From: Thermoanaerobaculia bacterium
GTDB taxonomy: Bacteria > Acidobacteriota > Thermoanaerobaculia > Multivoradales > UBA5704
Direction of reading: 5' to 3'
DNA length: 60,784 bases
Assembly (NCBI GenBank): GCA_044226625.1
Contig: JBGAGQ010000036.1
Coordinates: forward strand, 1 to 60,784
Shown: in pieces, positions 10,446-22,903 of the stretch
Layout of the letters: the number at the start of each line of letters is the position of its first letter
Numbering within the stretch: the first letter of the stretch is position 1
Translations under genes and position numbers: made by a program
The notes under the pieces: model-generated
What the model was told of the DNA's origin: nothing
What the model saw: only the letters and a program-made list of their open reading frames with translations
Databases searched by the model: none

Positions 10446-13148
10446 GTGCTTCTGTCTCGACTTCGCTCGGGGCGTCCGACGCCCGATGCACCCCAAGCCA
10501 GCGATATTGGCCTGGAGCGGTCCCATCGCCGCCGCGCCTCCGCGGCCACGGCGCTCGCCCTCGCGTGCCTCACCCTCGGCTTCCCGCCCGGTTTCCCCAA
10601 TTCCCTAGGCAGCCAGGAGGAAGAACCGGCCCCGCAGGCGAACTGGCTGCGAATCGGCTCATTCAGCGGCGCGCCGGTCGAAGGGGCGGGCGAGTTCTTC
10701 GACAACGAGCTGTTTCGTGAGGCCCGCAGCGGCGACCTCTTCCAAGAGCTCGGAGATCTCGACATCTCGATCGGCAAGAGCTGGTCGATCCCGAGCGTCG
10801 ACGGATCGATCGCCTACTCCCGGCGGGTGCTCGACAAACACCGCGAGCTTCCCGCCGGCACAGCGGTCGGCGACGGCGACCTCTCCTGGTTCCAGGCAGT
10901 CAACTCGGCCCGCGCCAAAGCCTCGCTCGACCTCGACTACCTCCCGGACTCGGGAGGGACGATCGGCGTCGGGCTCCATTCCGAGGCGGGCTTCGTCCTC
11001 ACCGCCGCTGAGACCCAGGATCCCCGCCGGCTCGGCCTGGAATTCTCGCGGACGGTCAGCCGCGAGAGTCTGCGCGCCGAGCTCGCCGGCTATTGGGACA
11101 AGAAGGACGCCCGGTTTCGCAAGAAGATCCTCCCTCGCTTGAGCCGCACGCTGCTCGCGATGCTCGATGCGCTCGCCACGGAGGTCAACCTCGGCTTCGA
11201 GGACACGGAGAAGGGCGCGCTTTATTTCGAGGGCTTCGTCGAGCCGATGACCCTGTTCGTCGACCTCAGCTTTCCGCTCGAGACCGACCTGTTCACCTCT
11301 GCGGATCCTCGTCTCGCCCCGGGCGACGGCGCGACCTATACGGCGTTCGTGGGCATTTCGCCGCTCCGGATTTCGGCGCGCGAGATCGGCCTGCGCACGA
11401 GCTACGAGTATTTCTATCGCCTGATTCGCGAGACCACGGTGATCGAGCAGGCGGACGATCACGTGCTCGTGCGGGTGCGGACGATCGCGGCCAAAGGACA
11501 GGAGATCACGCCGATCAAAATCCGTCCGGAGATCCGTCTGGCGCTTCTGCGTTACGGCTACACCTTCCTCCAAGACCGCCGCGACGCGGGCCGGTTCCGA
11601 GTCGCCGATCTCGTCTACCGCTTCGACCTCGGCGTGCCGGAGGGGCGGGCGGCGCTCGACGATCTGCTCGGCGCGAAGAACCGCGTCCGGCTAAAGACCT
11701 CAATCGATGCCGCGAAATCGGGCCACGGCGTCGAGGTGCTGTCGGCCGAGCTCCGGACTGGGGATCGCCGAGACGCGAACTTGCTCGCGCGCCTCCCGTC
11801 CTGGTTCCGCGCCAAGCGGCAGAGCCTCGCCGTCGTCCAGGACGTCCGGATCGGTCAGACTACCCTTCGCGAGGCGACTCAAGGTCAACGGACCAGCCTG
11901 AAGGTCCGAAAGATCGCCCGGCGACGCGACCGCGGAGCGACCGCGGTCGTCACCCTGCAGGCGACGCCGCCCCAGGGCGATCAGGGAGCCCAGCCGCGCG
12001 CGATCGAGGTACGGACGACGATGAGCGACCGCCACACTCCGTCGACCCAGCGCCGTGCGGTGGCGGAATTCTGGCGCACCCTTCCCGGCAGACCGGAGCC
12101 GCCGCCCGAGTTGTTCGGCCAGGAGGACCTGGGCGTCGTCGCCTCCTTCACCGCTGGAGCGAGAGGCGCGGCGCTCGTCCGACTGCTCACCATGCATTCC
12201 GAGGAAATCTGGCGCGGAGTGGCTCAGGCGATCCTGGGTCCCGGCCAGGCGAAATCATGGGCGACCCCGGCCGATCGCGCGCTCTGGCGCGCGAGCCATG
12301 GCCGGAAAGATCGGCGACGGCTCGAAGCTGCCGAGCGCTTCACCGCCTGGTTCGACGATCTGCGCTATCGCGCCGCGCGTGGGGAGATCGACGGCCGAGG
12401 GTGGACGCGCAACGCGCTACGCCGCGAGGATTTCCCGATCCTCTCGCGGCTGATCCTCGCGGCCGGAGCGCCCCCTGCCGGCGGCGGAGACCTCGGATCT
12501 GACGGCGGCAGCGTTGCCGCCGAGATCTGGACCGATGAGATGCCGCGGCCCCTGCGTCTGGTGCGCGGCCGTTCGCCGATCTCGCGCCTCGGATCGCTGG
12601 CCGCCGAGCCCGAGGCCGCCCCCGTGGGTGCTCTGCCGACCCCGATCGGCACCAATGGATCACCGCAAAGGCTCGAGGGATCGACCGTCGAAACGGCCGC
12701 GCAGGCGCGAGACATCGACAGCCTTCACTCCTCGGCGCCGCGCCTGCTCGCGGGCCGGATGTTCCTGGTCCAGCCCGATCCCAGGGCGCCGGTGATCCAA
12801 GTGCCGCCGCGTTTCTTCCTCTCCCTGTTCAGCGACCTTCGCTTCGCCTCCGGGCACCGGGCGCGCATCGAGCTGCGTCGGTCGCGCATCCGCGCCGACC
12901 TTCCGCTCGCCGTGGCAATGGTACCGATGGGTGAGCCCCAACCGGTGCCGGAGGGGCCGTTCGCGGTCAGCAAGTTCCGTTACGACTTGAGGATCCCACC
13001 CGATCTCGCGAATCGCATTGATGATCGGAAACCTTATTCGGTATACGTCAGGGTGCTGAACTCCGCCGGCCTGCCGCTCACCGAAGAAGAGCCGCTCCAC
13101 TTCCGGGTACCGAAAAAGAAAGCGGGCCCTCCCAAGAATCAGCGTTGA
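10446..13148 (+). CDS. Large hypothetical exported protein (~900 aa)
   Basis: Long ORF with protein-like composition and a signal-like segment (RRRASAATALALACLTLG); no family recognised; start uncertain. Confidence 0.75.
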   Translation: MLLSRLRSGRPTPDAPQASDIGLERSHRRRASAATALALACLTLGFPPGFPNSLGSQEEEPAPQANWLRIGSFSGAPVEGAGEFFDNELFREARSGDLFQELGDLDISIGKSWSIPSVDGSIAYSRRVLDKHRELPAGTAVGDGDLSWFQAVNSARAKASLDLDYLPDSGGTIGVGLHSEAGFVLTAAETQDPRRLGLEFSRTVSRESLRAELAGYWDKKDARFRKKILPRLSRTLLAMLDALATEVNLGFEDTEKGALYFEGFVEPMTLFVDLSFPLETDLFTSADPRLAPGDGATYTAFVGISPLRISAREIGLRTSYEYFYRLIRETTVIEQADDHVLVRVRTIAAKGQEITPIKIRPEIRLALLRYGYTFLQDRRDAGRFRVADLVYRFDLGVPEGRAALDDLLGAKNRVRLKTSIDAAKSGHGVEVLSAELRTGDRRDANLLARLPSWFRAKRQSLAVVQDVRIGQTTLREATQGQRTSLKVRKIARRRDRGATAVVTLQATPPQGDQGAQPRAIEVRTTMSDRHTPSTQRRAVAEFWRTLPGRPEPPPELFGQEDLGVVASFTAGARGAALVRLLTMHSEEIWRGVAQAILGPGQAKSWATPADRALWRASHGRKDRRRLEAAERFTAWFDDLRYRAARGEIDGRGWTRNALRREDFPILSRLILAAGAPPAGGGDLGSDGGSVAAEIWTDEMPRPLRLVRGRSPISRLGSLAAEPEAAPVGALPTPIGTNGSPQRLEGSTVETAAQARDIDSLHSSAPRLLAGRMFLVQPDPRAPVIQVPPRFFLSLFSDLRFASGHRARIELRRSRIRADLPLAVAMVPMGEPQPVPEGPFAVSKFRYDLRIPPDLANRIDDRKPYSVYVRVLNSAGLPLTEEEPLHFRVPKKKAGPPKNQR

Positions 13149-13189
13149 GAGGGCCGGACTGGCCTTTCGGTTTCGAGTCGGGGAGGGCG

Positions 13190-13234
13190 AAAAAGGGCCG
13201 GGTTGCCACGTCACGATGACGTGGCTCGCCCGGC
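13190..13234 (-). terminator. Probable intrinsic terminator between convergent genes
   Basis: Stem GCCACGTCA-CGA-TGACGTGGC extended by CCGGG/CCCGG, followed by a U-tract on the minus strand. Confidence 0.6.
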
Positions 13235-13270
13235 GGGAGAAGAGTACAACCTCGGGGGGTACTCCTATCG

Positions 13271-13795
13271 TCAACGACCCGCGTTAGCGGCGTCGACGAC
13301 CTGGAACCTTTCGGTATTCACGTTTTCGTCACCGATCCAGATCTCCGCTCGGTAATCGCCCTTGGCCCAGCCCTTGGTGTCAGCCTGGAAATTCAGGTAG
13401 GTCTGGCCGGTTTCGACGGTCTTGCTCTCCTCGTCGATCCGCTTGTCCTCGGGGCCGTACCAAACGACCTTCACCGCCGAGCCTGCGGGCGTATCGCCGA
13501 CTTTCATCGCGATGTGAACGGTTTCGCCGGGAGCGAAATCGTCGCCCACCTGGCTGCTGTCGATCGAGCCGTCGGCGGCCAACGCATGACCGGTGGTCAC
13601 GTCGTCGATCCGCGCTTCGGCGGCCGCCGGCGAGAGATCGCTCGGGCTGCTGGTGCCCGGAATCTCGCTCTCGGTGGCCATCGGAGTGGTCTCGCTCACA
13701 TCGGGCTCGGCTTCCTTCTTCTGACACGCCGAGATACCGAACACGGAAACGAGCGCAAGGCTCAGAAGGATTCGGTTGACGTTCATGTTGCTCAC
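13271..13795 (-). CDS. Lipoprotein of unknown function
   Basis: Signal peptide with lipobox ISAC, acidic linker, small beta-rich domain (VKVVWY...GDYRAEIW); RBS GGAGG. Confidence 0.85.
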   Translation of the reverse strand: MSNMNVNRILLSLALVSVFGISACQKKEAEPDVSETTPMATESEIPGTSSPSDLSPAAAEARIDDVTTGHALAADGSIDSSQVGDDFAPGETVHIAMKVGDTPAGSAVKVVWYGPEDKRIDEESKTVETGQTYLNFQADTKGWAKGDYRAEIWIGDENVNTERFQVVDAANAGR

Positions 13796-13857
13796 CTCCG
13801 CATGGGAACTCTCGCCGTTCGGGTGACGTAGAGTTTCGTTTTCCGGACCCCCAAAAG

Positions 13858-13873
13858 AGCAACCGACATGCCA
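13858..13873 (-). promoter_or_regulatory. Sigma-54 promoter for the lipoprotein gene
   Basis: Minus strand TGGCATGTCGGTTGCT with correct -24/-12 spacing, intergenic, about 60 nt upstream of the ATG. Confidence 0.75.
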
Positions 13874-14053
13874 GAGCGCCTCGGGGAGCCGCTCCGGCTT
13901 TTCTCAAGGGAAATCATCCGGATCGCCCGCGAAAAGAGGCAAAGAATTCCGCCCCGCCGGTCGGCCTTGCCATTTTCACGGCAAGCTCTCCCACTCCCGC
14001 CGCCCAGGAACCCACGCGAACCGTTGAGAGATTCGGGCTAGACTGGCGATGCG

Positions 14054-15526
14054 TTGGAAGACCTCTCGCTCCTCCTTCAATCGCGCTACCCCATCCTCTA
14101 CGTCGAGACGTTCGACGAGGAGCGGTTGCGCCGACGGCTCGGACGGACCGCGCGCTCGCTTGGCTTCACCTTCTACACCTGGTCGGTCTCGGGCGGCCTC
14201 GCGTGCGACGGCGGCCGTGACGAAGCGGCCGACGCACGCGAGCCGCTCGCGTTGCTCGGGGCGATCCGCAATATCGGTTGGCCCTCGGTCTTCCTGCTGC
14301 TCGATTTTCACCCGTATCTCGAATCTCCCGGAGTCGTCCGCGCGCTGCGCGAGCTCGCCGAGGAAGCGCCCGGAAAGCTCCGGACGATCGTCCTCTCATC
14401 GCCCTCGATCGACCTGCCGCTCGAGCTGCGGCGCTCGGCCGCGCGGTTCCGAATGGACGGACCGGAACCGGACGAGATCCGCGCGACGATCATCGAGACC
14501 TTTCGTTCCCTTCGCGGCACCCGCCCCTTACGTTTCGACCTTCCGGGCGTGCACCTCGACCGAATGGTTCAAGCGTTGCGCGGCTTGACGCTCGCCGAAA
14601 TCCGCCGGCTGATCGCCAGGGCGACCCTCTCCGACGGTGCCCTGCATGCCGAGGACCTGCCGCTCATTCTCGCGGCTCGGCGCGAAGAGATCGAGCAGAC
14701 CGGCGTGCTCGACCTTTGCGAGGTAAGCGGCGAGGTGGCCGATCTGGCCGGAGCGGACCGGCTCAAATCCTGGCTGCGGATCCATCGCGCCGGGTTCGGT
14801 GCCAAGGCGAAGGAGCTCGGACTGCCCGCGCCGCGCGGCCTGCTCCTCGTCGGCGTGCAGGGATGCGGCAAGAGCCTCGCGGCGAAGACGATCGCCCGCT
14901 CCTGGGGTTTGCCGCTCGCGCGCCTCGACCCGGCGCGCCTGTTCGACAAGTTCGTCGGCGAAACCGAAAAGAACCTTCGCCGAGCGCTCGAGACGGCCGA
15001 AGAGCAAGCGCCGATCGTCCTCTGGATCGACGAGATCGAAAAGGCTTTCGCGGGAGGCAGCGGCGACGCGGATGCCGGCCTCGGCCGGCGCCTGCTGGGG
15101 AGCTTCCTCACCTGGCTCCAAGACCATCGAGAGCCGGCGTTCGTCGTCGCGACGGCCAACGATCTCGATTCCCTCCCTCCTGAGCTGCTGCGGAAGGGGC
15201 GCTTCAACGAGATCTTCTTCATCGACCTGCCGACCCCTGAGGAGCGGCGCGAGATCTTCGAGATCCATCTGCGTTTGCGACATCAGGATCCAAGCGGCGT
15301 CGACATCGCCCGTCTGGTCGCCGAGTCGGAGGGGTGGAGCGGCGCTGAGATCGAGCAGGTGGTGGTCGCCGCGCTCTACGGCGTGCTCGACGACCCGGAC
15401 GAACGTCTGACCACGGAGCGGTTGAGCGCCGAGCTGCGGGCCACCCTCCCCCTCTCCCGGACTCGAGCCGAGGAGCTCGAGGTGCTGCGTTCCTTGGCGC
15501 GGGTACGTTTCGTCCCGGCGCGATGA
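14054..15526 (+). CDS. Ycf46-like AAA+ ATPase
   Basis: N-terminal SRYPILYVETFDEER and LLDFHPYL; Walker A GVQGCGKS, Walker B LWIDEIEK, PPELLRKGRF; TTG start. Confidence 0.88.
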   Translation: MEDLSLLLQSRYPILYVETFDEERLRRRLGRTARSLGFTFYTWSVSGGLACDGGRDEAADAREPLALLGAIRNIGWPSVFLLLDFHPYLESPGVVRALRELAEEAPGKLRTIVLSSPSIDLPLELRRSAARFRMDGPEPDEIRATIIETFRSLRGTRPLRFDLPGVHLDRMVQALRGLTLAEIRRLIARATLSDGALHAEDLPLILAARREEIEQTGVLDLCEVSGEVADLAGADRLKSWLRIHRAGFGAKAKELGLPAPRGLLLVGVQGCGKSLAAKTIARSWGLPLARLDPARLFDKFVGETEKNLRRALETAEEQAPIVLWIDEIEKAFAGGSGDADAGLGRRLLGSFLTWLQDHREPAFVVATANDLDSLPPELLRKGRFNEIFFIDLPTPEERREIFEIHLRLRHQDPSGVDIARLVAESEGWSGAEIEQVVVAALYGVLDDPDERLTTERLSAELRATLPLSRTRAEELEVLRSLARVRFVPAR

Positions 15527-15562
15527 GAATCCTGCTACAGAGCCGAGTGGTTTAACCTGGAC

Positions 15563-16357
15563 CTATTCCCAGAATTCGAGCGGCCGCGGCTCCAGGATCA
15601 GGCCGTGGGAGTGGGCTCGCCGGTAGAACTCCTCGAGGCCCGCGATCTCGTCCTCGCGCAGAAAGAAGCTCAAGCTCTCGGTGAGGTACGAGCGGACGTC
15701 CGCGGTGTCCAGATCGAGCTCCGCCGCGGCCTCGCGGACCAGGACGTCGAGCGAAGAAAGGCCGTACCGTAAGCTGCTCTTAAAATAGAATGCGAGCTCG
15801 GCGAGCTCGACCTCCGGACGGACCGCCCAGACCGCGAAAACGAAAGGCAGTCCGGTGAGCGCCCGCCATTCGGCGGCGAGGTCGTAAACGAAATACTTCT
15901 CCCGGTCGACCTTCAAGGCCGGATCGCCGATGACCAACGCGGCATCGGCCTCGGCCATCATCCGGTCGACCTCGGGCCGAAGCGGCAAGGTTTCGGGGCG
16001 CACGCCCCACCGCTCGGCGAGCAGGATGCGCACTAGCCCGGCCGAGGTCCGGCTATTCTGGTCGAGCGCCAGCCGCCGCACCTCTTCGATCGGGCCCTTG
16101 GTGACGAGCAGAACGCTCTTGACCTCGTGCGTCGCGGCGACGCAGAGGTCGGGAAGAACCTTGAGCCGAGGAATTCGCTGTACCTCGATCGACGGGATCA
16201 GACCGACGTCGAGGGAACCCTCGGCGAGTAGACGGGCCACCTGAGCCGGCGGATGGAAGCTCGGCGAGAAGAGGTCCGCGTGGTGCCCCTTCATGAAGCC
16301 CCAGGCGAGCGGTTTGCTGTTCAGGTAATTGACGATGCCGATGCGCAGCTTGGGCAC
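15563..16357 (-). CDS. mqnA: Chorismate dehydratase (futalosine menaquinone pathway)
   Basis: [31 protein letters not shown] motifs. Confidence 0.9.
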   Translation of the reverse strand: MPKLRIGIVNYLNSKPLAWGFMKGHHADLFSPSFHPPAQVARLLAEGSLDVGLIPSIEVQRIPRLKVLPDLCVAATHEVKSVLLVTKGPIEEVRRLALDQNSRTSAGLVRILLAERWGVRPETLPLRPEVDRMMAEADAALVIGDPALKVDREKYFVYDLAAEWRALTGLPFVFAVWAVRPEVELAELAFYFKSSLRYGLSSLDVLVREAAAELDLDTADVRSYLTESLSFFLREDEIAGLEEFYRRAHSHGLILEPRPLEFWE

Positions 16358-16372
16358 GGCCCTCTCTCCCCT

Positions 16373-17617
<1,245 letters not shown>

Positions 17618-17698
17618 GACGTTCCTCGCGATGATTCGTTGTGCTCGGTTTCGGCCGCCTCCGGAAAACCGGATGAAGGACCGGAGGAGGGTGCTGTA

Positions 17699-18292
17699 CT
17701 AGCCCCGAGAATCCAGCGCGCTCCAGAGCGCCGGGATCCCGTCACCCGATTCGGAGGAGACGGGAAGAACTTGTGCGTCCTCGGCCGCGCCCAAGGCACG
17801 CCGGATCGCCTGCAACTGACCCTGCCGTTCGCCGCGCTTGATCCGATCGATCTTGGTCGCGACGATCAACGTCGCGGCTCCCATTTCGATCAGATAGCGA
17901 TAGGCCTGCACGTCGAGCGGCGTGGCTCCTACCTTGCCATCCACCAGCAGCAGCACGGTCCGCCGCGGGACCTCACTGCGCAGGTAGTCGTCAACCAACG
18001 CCGCCCACTCCGCGCGGTCGGCGCGACCGGCCTTGGCATAGCCATACCCGGGCAGGTCGACGAAATAGACGCGATCGTTGATCAAAAAGTAATTGATCGC
18101 CCGCGTCCTACCGGGCGTCGAGCTGATTCGCGCGAGCCCTCGGCGGCCTAGGAGCCGGTTGAGCAGGCTCGACTTGCCGACATTGGAACGTCCCACGAAC
18201 GCGAACTCCGGTCGCCCGTCGCGTACGAAGTCCTCCGTCCGATGTCCGGCGCGAACGAACTCCGCCTTATCGATTTTCAAGGGTTGTGCCAC
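17699..18292 (-). CDS. engB: Ribosome biogenesis GTPase YihA/EngB
   Basis: GRSNVGKSS, DLPGYG, TKID motifs. Confidence 0.95.
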   Translation of the reverse strand: MAQPLKIDKAEFVRAGHRTEDFVRDGRPEFAFVGRSNVGKSSLLNRLLGRRGLARISSTPGRTRAINYFLINDRVYFVDLPGYGYAKAGRADRAEWAALVDDYLRSEVPRRTVLLLVDGKVGATPLDVQAYRYLIEMGAATLIVATKIDRIKRGERQGQLQAIRRALGAAEDAQVLPVSSESGDGIPALWSALDSRG

Positions 18293-18444
18293 CGTAACGG
18301 GCCGCGACCGAAACGGGTGAACCGCCTCCGGGCCCTGGGGAAAACCAGCTTTCGTAGGGCACCCACCGGCCGTGTGCGCGGTCCGACGGGGTCATCGCGC
18401 GAACGGGAGCTGGCGACGAACCGCCTCGCTCCCGATCACGATCT

Positions 18445-20862
18445 TCAATGGGCCATTGAATCCGGCGCGATCGGAGTGTCGACTTTCCCTTCGGAAAACG
18501 CCTCTTGCCCCTTGCCCAACGGCAGAACCGGGCCGTCGAGCGCCAGGCGCAGGACCTCGTCCATCGACTCCACGAGGTGGAACTCCATCTGATCGCGCAC
18601 CTCTTGGGGGATTTCGTCGAGATCCTTCTCGTTTTCCTTGGGCAGGACGATCTCGGTCAAGCCGCCGCGGAAGGCGGCAAGAACCTTATCCTTGATCCCG
18701 CCGACCGGCAAGACTTTACCTCGCAGGGTGATCTCTCCGGTCATCGCCACGTCCTTGCGCACGGGCGTCTTGGTGAGCGCCGAGATCAGCGCCGTCGCCA
18801 TCGTGATACCGGCCGACGGCCCGTCCTTCGGAATCGCCCCTTCCGGCACGTGCAGGTGGACGTCGAGCTTCTCGTTGAAGTCCGGATCCACACCGAGCAG
18901 CTCGGCCCGCGCGCGCAGATAGGAGACCGCCGCTCGGGCCGACTCCTGCATCACGTCGCCTAGCTTGCCTGTGAGCGTCAGCTTGCCCTTGCCCGGCATC
19001 AGGCCGACCTCGGTTTCGAGCAACTCGCCGCCCACCTCGGTCCAGGCTAGCCCCGTGGCCACGCCGACCTCCGAGAGCTCGTTCTTGCGCCGTGCGCGGA
19101 ACTTGAGCTTGCCCAGGTACTCGACCACCGCCTCGGGCGTCACGCGGACCTCGACCTTCGATCCCTCTTGGACGACTCGGCGCGCGATCTTCCGGCAGAT
19201 CGAAGCGATCTCGCGCTCCAGGCTGCGCACGCCAGCCTCACGGGTGAAGCTTTCGATCACCACCCGGATCGCTTCCGGCTCGAAGGTCACCTTGTCTTTC
19301 GACAGACCGTGATTCGAAAGCTGCTTGGGCACCAGGAACTGCTCGGCGATGTTCAGCTTCTCGTTCAGGGTATAGCCCGAGAGCTGGATCACTTCCATGC
19401 GGTCCCGCAGCGGCGCCGGGATGGTGTGCGCGACGTTCGCGGTCGCGATGAACATCACCTTGGAGAGGTCGTAGTCGACGTCGAGGTAGTGGTCCATGAA
19501 CGCGTCGTTCTGCTCCGGATCGAGCACCTCGAGCAGCGCCGCCGATGGATCGCCCCGGAAATCCATCGACATCTTGTCGACCTCGTCGAGCAGGAACACC
19601 GGGTTGACCGTCCCCGCTTTCTTCATCATCTGGATGATCTGCCCGGGGAAGGCGCCGATGTAGGTCCGGCGATGACCGCGGATCTCCGCCTCGTCGCGGA
19701 CACCGCCGAGCGACAAGCGGACGAACTTGCGTCCGGTCGCCCGCGCGATCGACTTGGCGAGCGACGACTTGCCGACCCCGGGAGGTCCGACGAAGCAGAT
19801 GATCGAGCTCTTCGTCTGCCCCACCAGCTGGCGCACGGCGAGAAACTCGAGGATCCGGTCTTTGATCTTCTCCAGACCGTAATGGTCCTCGTTCAGCACC
19901 TTGTCGGCGAGAACGAGGTCCTTCATCTCCTTGCTCTTCTTCTTCCAGGGAACGCCGACCAACCAGTCGATGTAGTTGCGCGAAACGGTCGCCTCGGCCG
20001 AGACCGGCGGCATCGCTTCCAGCCGTTTCAGCTCCTGGTCGGCCTTCTCGCGTACCTCTTTCGGCAGACCGGCCTTCTCGATCTTGTCCTTGAGCTCCTG
20101 CAGCTCGTCGCCGCGCTCGTCCTTCCTCCCGAGCTCCTGGTGGATCGCCTTGATCTTCTCGTTGAGGTAGTACTCCTTCTGCGCCTTCTCCATCTGCTTC
20201 TTGACCTTGACGTTGATCCGCTTGTCGATGTTGATCTTTTCGATCTCCACGTCGAGCAGATCGTGCAGTCGCTGCAAGCGCTCATACGGATTGAGCAACT
20301 CGAGCAACGACTGCTTGTCGGCGGTCGACACCATCAGATGGGCGGCCAGGGTGTCGGCGAAATGGTCGGCATTGTCGACCTTCAAGGTCGACATCAGCCC
20401 TTCGAACGCCAAGTGGTGCGACATCTTGGCGTACTGCTCGAAGGCCTGGAGCACTTTGTTCATGTAGACCTGGAGCTCTTCCGAGATCGGGAAGTTGACC
20501 TCGTAGGTCTCGACGTCGACGTTCAGCGCACCGTCGCGGTCGATCACCTCGACCACCTTGCCGCGCTGCACGCCTTCCACCATCACCTTGACGTTGCCGT
20601 TCGGCAGCTTCAGGTTCTGGATCACCGTCGCGATGACCCCCAGCTCGAAGACGTCGTCCCGCAACGGCTCGTCGATCTTCGGGTCCTTCTGCGCGACCAG
20701 GAAGATCCGCTTCTGCGGCGTACCGAGGCTCTGTTCGAGAGCTCGCACGGAGCTTTCGCGTCCGACGATGAACGGCGCCATCATGTGAGGGAAGACCACC
20801 ATGTCCCGGAGTGGGACGAGCGGCAGGATTTCCCGTTTCTTGTCGATGAACGATGCGGCCAT
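18445..20862 (-). CDS. lon: ATP-dependent protease La
   Basis: LON N-domain, [16 protein letters not shown] catalytic Ser motif. Confidence 0.98.
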   Translation of the reverse strand: MAASFIDKKREILPLVPLRDMVVFPHMMAPFIVGRESSVRALEQSLGTPQKRIFLVAQKDPKIDEPLRDDVFELGVIATVIQNLKLPNGNVKVMVEGVQRGKVVEVIDRDGALNVDVETYEVNFPISEELQVYMNKVLQAFEQYAKMSHHLAFEGLMSTLKVDNADHFADTLAAHLMVSTADKQSLLELLNPYERLQRLHDLLDVEIEKINIDKRINVKVKKQMEKAQKEYYLNEKIKAIHQELGRKDERGDELQELKDKIEKAGLPKEVREKADQELKRLEAMPPVSAEATVSRNYIDWLVGVPWKKKSKEMKDLVLADKVLNEDHYGLEKIKDRILEFLAVRQLVGQTKSSIICFVGPPGVGKSSLAKSIARATGRKFVRLSLGGVRDEAEIRGHRRTYIGAFPGQIIQMMKKAGTVNPVFLLDEVDKMSMDFRGDPSAALLEVLDPEQNDAFMDHYLDVDYDLSKVMFIATANVAHTIPAPLRDRMEVIQLSGYTLNEKLNIAEQFLVPKQLSNHGLSKDKVTFEPEAIRVVIESFTREAGVRSLEREIASICRKIARRVVQEGSKVEVRVTPEAVVEYLGKLKFRARRKNELSEVGVATGLAWTEVGGELLETEVGLMPGKGKLTLTGKLGDVMQESARAAVSYLRARAELLGVDPDFNEKLDVHLHVPEGAIPKDGPSAGITMATALISALTKTPVRKDVAMTGEITLRGKVLPVGGIKDKVLAAFRGGLTEIVLPKENEKDLDEIPQEVRDQMEFHLVESMDEVLRLALDGPVLPLGKGQEAFSEGKVDTPIAPDSMAH

Positions 20863-20899
20863 CGGTTCTCGCTTCCGTGGACGGGCCCGGGACGACCGG

Positions 20900-22138
20900 T
20901 CAGCCCGCCTTTTTGAGCATGATCGGCTGAATTCGACTCGCGACGACTTCCTCGTTGATCACGCACTGTTTGATGTCCCGCTGCGACGGAACCGTATACA
21001 TCAAATCGAGCATGAGGTCTTCGAGGATGATCCTCAGACCTCGCGCTCCCACGTTGCGGGTCAGCGCCTCGCGCGCGATCGCGACCACCGCTTCGTCGGT
21101 GAACTTGAGCTCGACCCCTTCGAACTCGAACATTGTCTGGTACTGCTTGATCAGGCTGTTCTTCGGCTCCTTGAGGATACGCACCAACGCCTCCTCGTCG
21201 AGCTGCTCGAGTGTCGCCACGACCGGTAGGCGGCCGACGAACTCAGGGATCAGGCCGTAGCGGATCAAATCCTCGGGCAGGACCTGCTCGAAGACCTCGC
21301 CCTTCGAGCGCTCCTTCTTACCCCGGATCTCGGCGCCGAAGCCGAGCGACTTCTGGTTCAGACGGCGCTCGATCACGTCCTCGAGACCGACGAACGCGCC
21401 GCCGCAGATGAACAGAATGTTGGTGGTGTCGATCTGCAGGAACTCCTGGTGCGGATGCTTGCGCCCTCCCTGAGGCGGCACGTTGCACTGGGTTCCTTCA
21501 AGAATCTTGAGCAGCGCCTGCTGGACGCCCTCGCCGGACACGTCGCGGGTGATCGAGGGGTTGTCGCTCTTCCGGCAGATCTTGTCGACCTCGTCGATGT
21601 AGACGATGCCGCGCTGGGTCTTTTCTTTGTCGCTGCCCGAGGCCTGGTAGAGCTTGAGGATGATGTTCTCGACGTCCTCGCCGACATAGCCCGCCTCGGT
21701 AAGCGTCGTCGCGTCGGCGATCGTGAACGGAACAGAGAGCAGGCGCGCCAGGGTCTGGGCGAGCAGCGTCTTACCGGTGCCGGTCGGACCGATCAGGAGG
21801 ATGTTCGACTTCGACAGCTCGACCTCGCCGTGGGGCGCCTTCTCGGCGAAGTCGATCCGCTTGTAGTGGTTGTAGACCGCGACCGCGAGCTTCTTCTTCG
21901 CCGTCTCTTGGCCGATCACGTACTCGTCGAGGAGCGCCTTGACCTCTTTCGGTTTCGGCAGCGAGGTGTCCTGCTGCTGCTCGAGCATCCGGTCTTCTGC
22001 GATGATGTCGATGCAGATGTCGACGCATTCGTCGCAGATGAAGACCGTCGGGCCCGCGATGAGCTTTTTAACCTCACGCTGGCTCTTGTTGCAGAACGAG
22101 CACCTCAAAACCTCGTCGCCGCTCTCTTTCTTCGGCAT
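20900..22138 (-). CDS. clpX: ATP-dependent Clp protease ATP-binding subunit
   Basis: CSFC zinc finger, [22 protein letters not shown]. Confidence 0.98.
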   Translation of the reverse strand: MPKKESGDEVLRCSFCNKSQREVKKLIAGPTVFICDECVDICIDIIAEDRMLEQQQDTSLPKPKEVKALLDEYVIGQETAKKKLAVAVYNHYKRIDFAEKAPHGEVELSKSNILLIGPTGTGKTLLAQTLARLLSVPFTIADATTLTEAGYVGEDVENIILKLYQASGSDKEKTQRGIVYIDEVDKICRKSDNPSITRDVSGEGVQQALLKILEGTQCNVPPQGGRKHPHQEFLQIDTTNILFICGGAFVGLEDVIERRLNQKSLGFGAEIRGKKERSKGEVFEQVLPEDLIRYGLIPEFVGRLPVVATLEQLDEEALVRILKEPKNSLIKQYQTMFEFEGVELKFTDEAVVAIAREALTRNVGARGLRIILEDLMLDLMYTVPSQRDIKQCVINEEVVASRIQPIMLKKAG

Positions 22139-22183
22139 TTCTTCTCCAGTGCGGCCGGTGCCAAGGTCAGGGACGTTGAAGTC

Positions 22184-22212
22184 ATGCTAGGAGCGATCCC
22201 CCGCCCTGTCAA
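22184..22212 (-). promoter_or_regulatory. Sigma-70-type promoter upstream of clpX
   Basis: Minus strand TTGACA-17 nt-TAGCAT in the clpP-clpX gap. Confidence 0.65.
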
Positions 22213-22305
22213 CTCTCGAAAACCCCGGCGAAAGCCGCCGACCTGCCCGTTACAACACCCCTCTACGCGAACCCTATTTCAAACTCAAAAGATCAGAGGT
22301 TTCAA

Positions 22306-22893
22306 CTAGTTGCGCCGCTTGGCCATGACCCGGTCGACGATTCCGTAGCTGACCGCCTCATCGGCAGAGAGGATGCGATCGCGCTCGGTGTCGTGATGGA
22401 CCTCTTCCTTGCTGCGTCCGGTGTGGAACGCCAGGATCTCGTCCAGGCGGTCGCGCATCTGCAGCAGGTCCCGGGCATGGATCTCGATGTCCGACTGCTG
22501 CCCGCCGAGCCCCTGAAGCCAGGGCTGGTGGATCAACACCCGGGAGTTCGGCAGCAGGGTGCGCTTTCCCTTGGCACCCGCCGCGAGCAGCACCGCCGCC
22601 ATCGATGCCGCCTGACCGACGCAGTAGGTCGAGATGTCGGGCTTGATGTACTGCATCGTGTCGTAGATCGCGAGACCGGCCGAGACCGAGCCACCCGGGG
22701 AATTGATGTAGATGGAGATGTCCTTTTCCGGATTCTCGGCTTCCAGGAACAGCATCTGCGCGATCATCAGGCTCGCCACGTCGTCGTCGATCGGACGCCC
22801 GAGGAAGATGATGTTGTCCTTGAGGAGACGCGAGAAAATGTCGTACGACCGCTCGCCGCGGTTGGTCTGTTCGAGGACGATGGGAATCAACAT
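22306..22893 (-). CDS. clpP: ATP-dependent Clp protease proteolytic subunit
   Basis: [41 protein letters not shown]; ATG 22893 after AAGGAG. Confidence 0.97.
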   Translation of the reverse strand: MLIPIVLEQTNRGERSYDIFSRLLKDNIIFLGRPIDDDVASLMIAQMLFLEAENPEKDISIYINSPGGSVSAGLAIYDTMQYIKPDISTYCVGQAASMAAVLLAAGAKGKRTLLPNSRVLIHQPWLQGLGGQQSDIEIHARDLLQMRDRLDEILAFHTGRSKEEVHHDTERDRILSADEAVSYGIVDRVMAKRRN

Positions 22894-22903
22894 CGGGCTC
22901 TCC

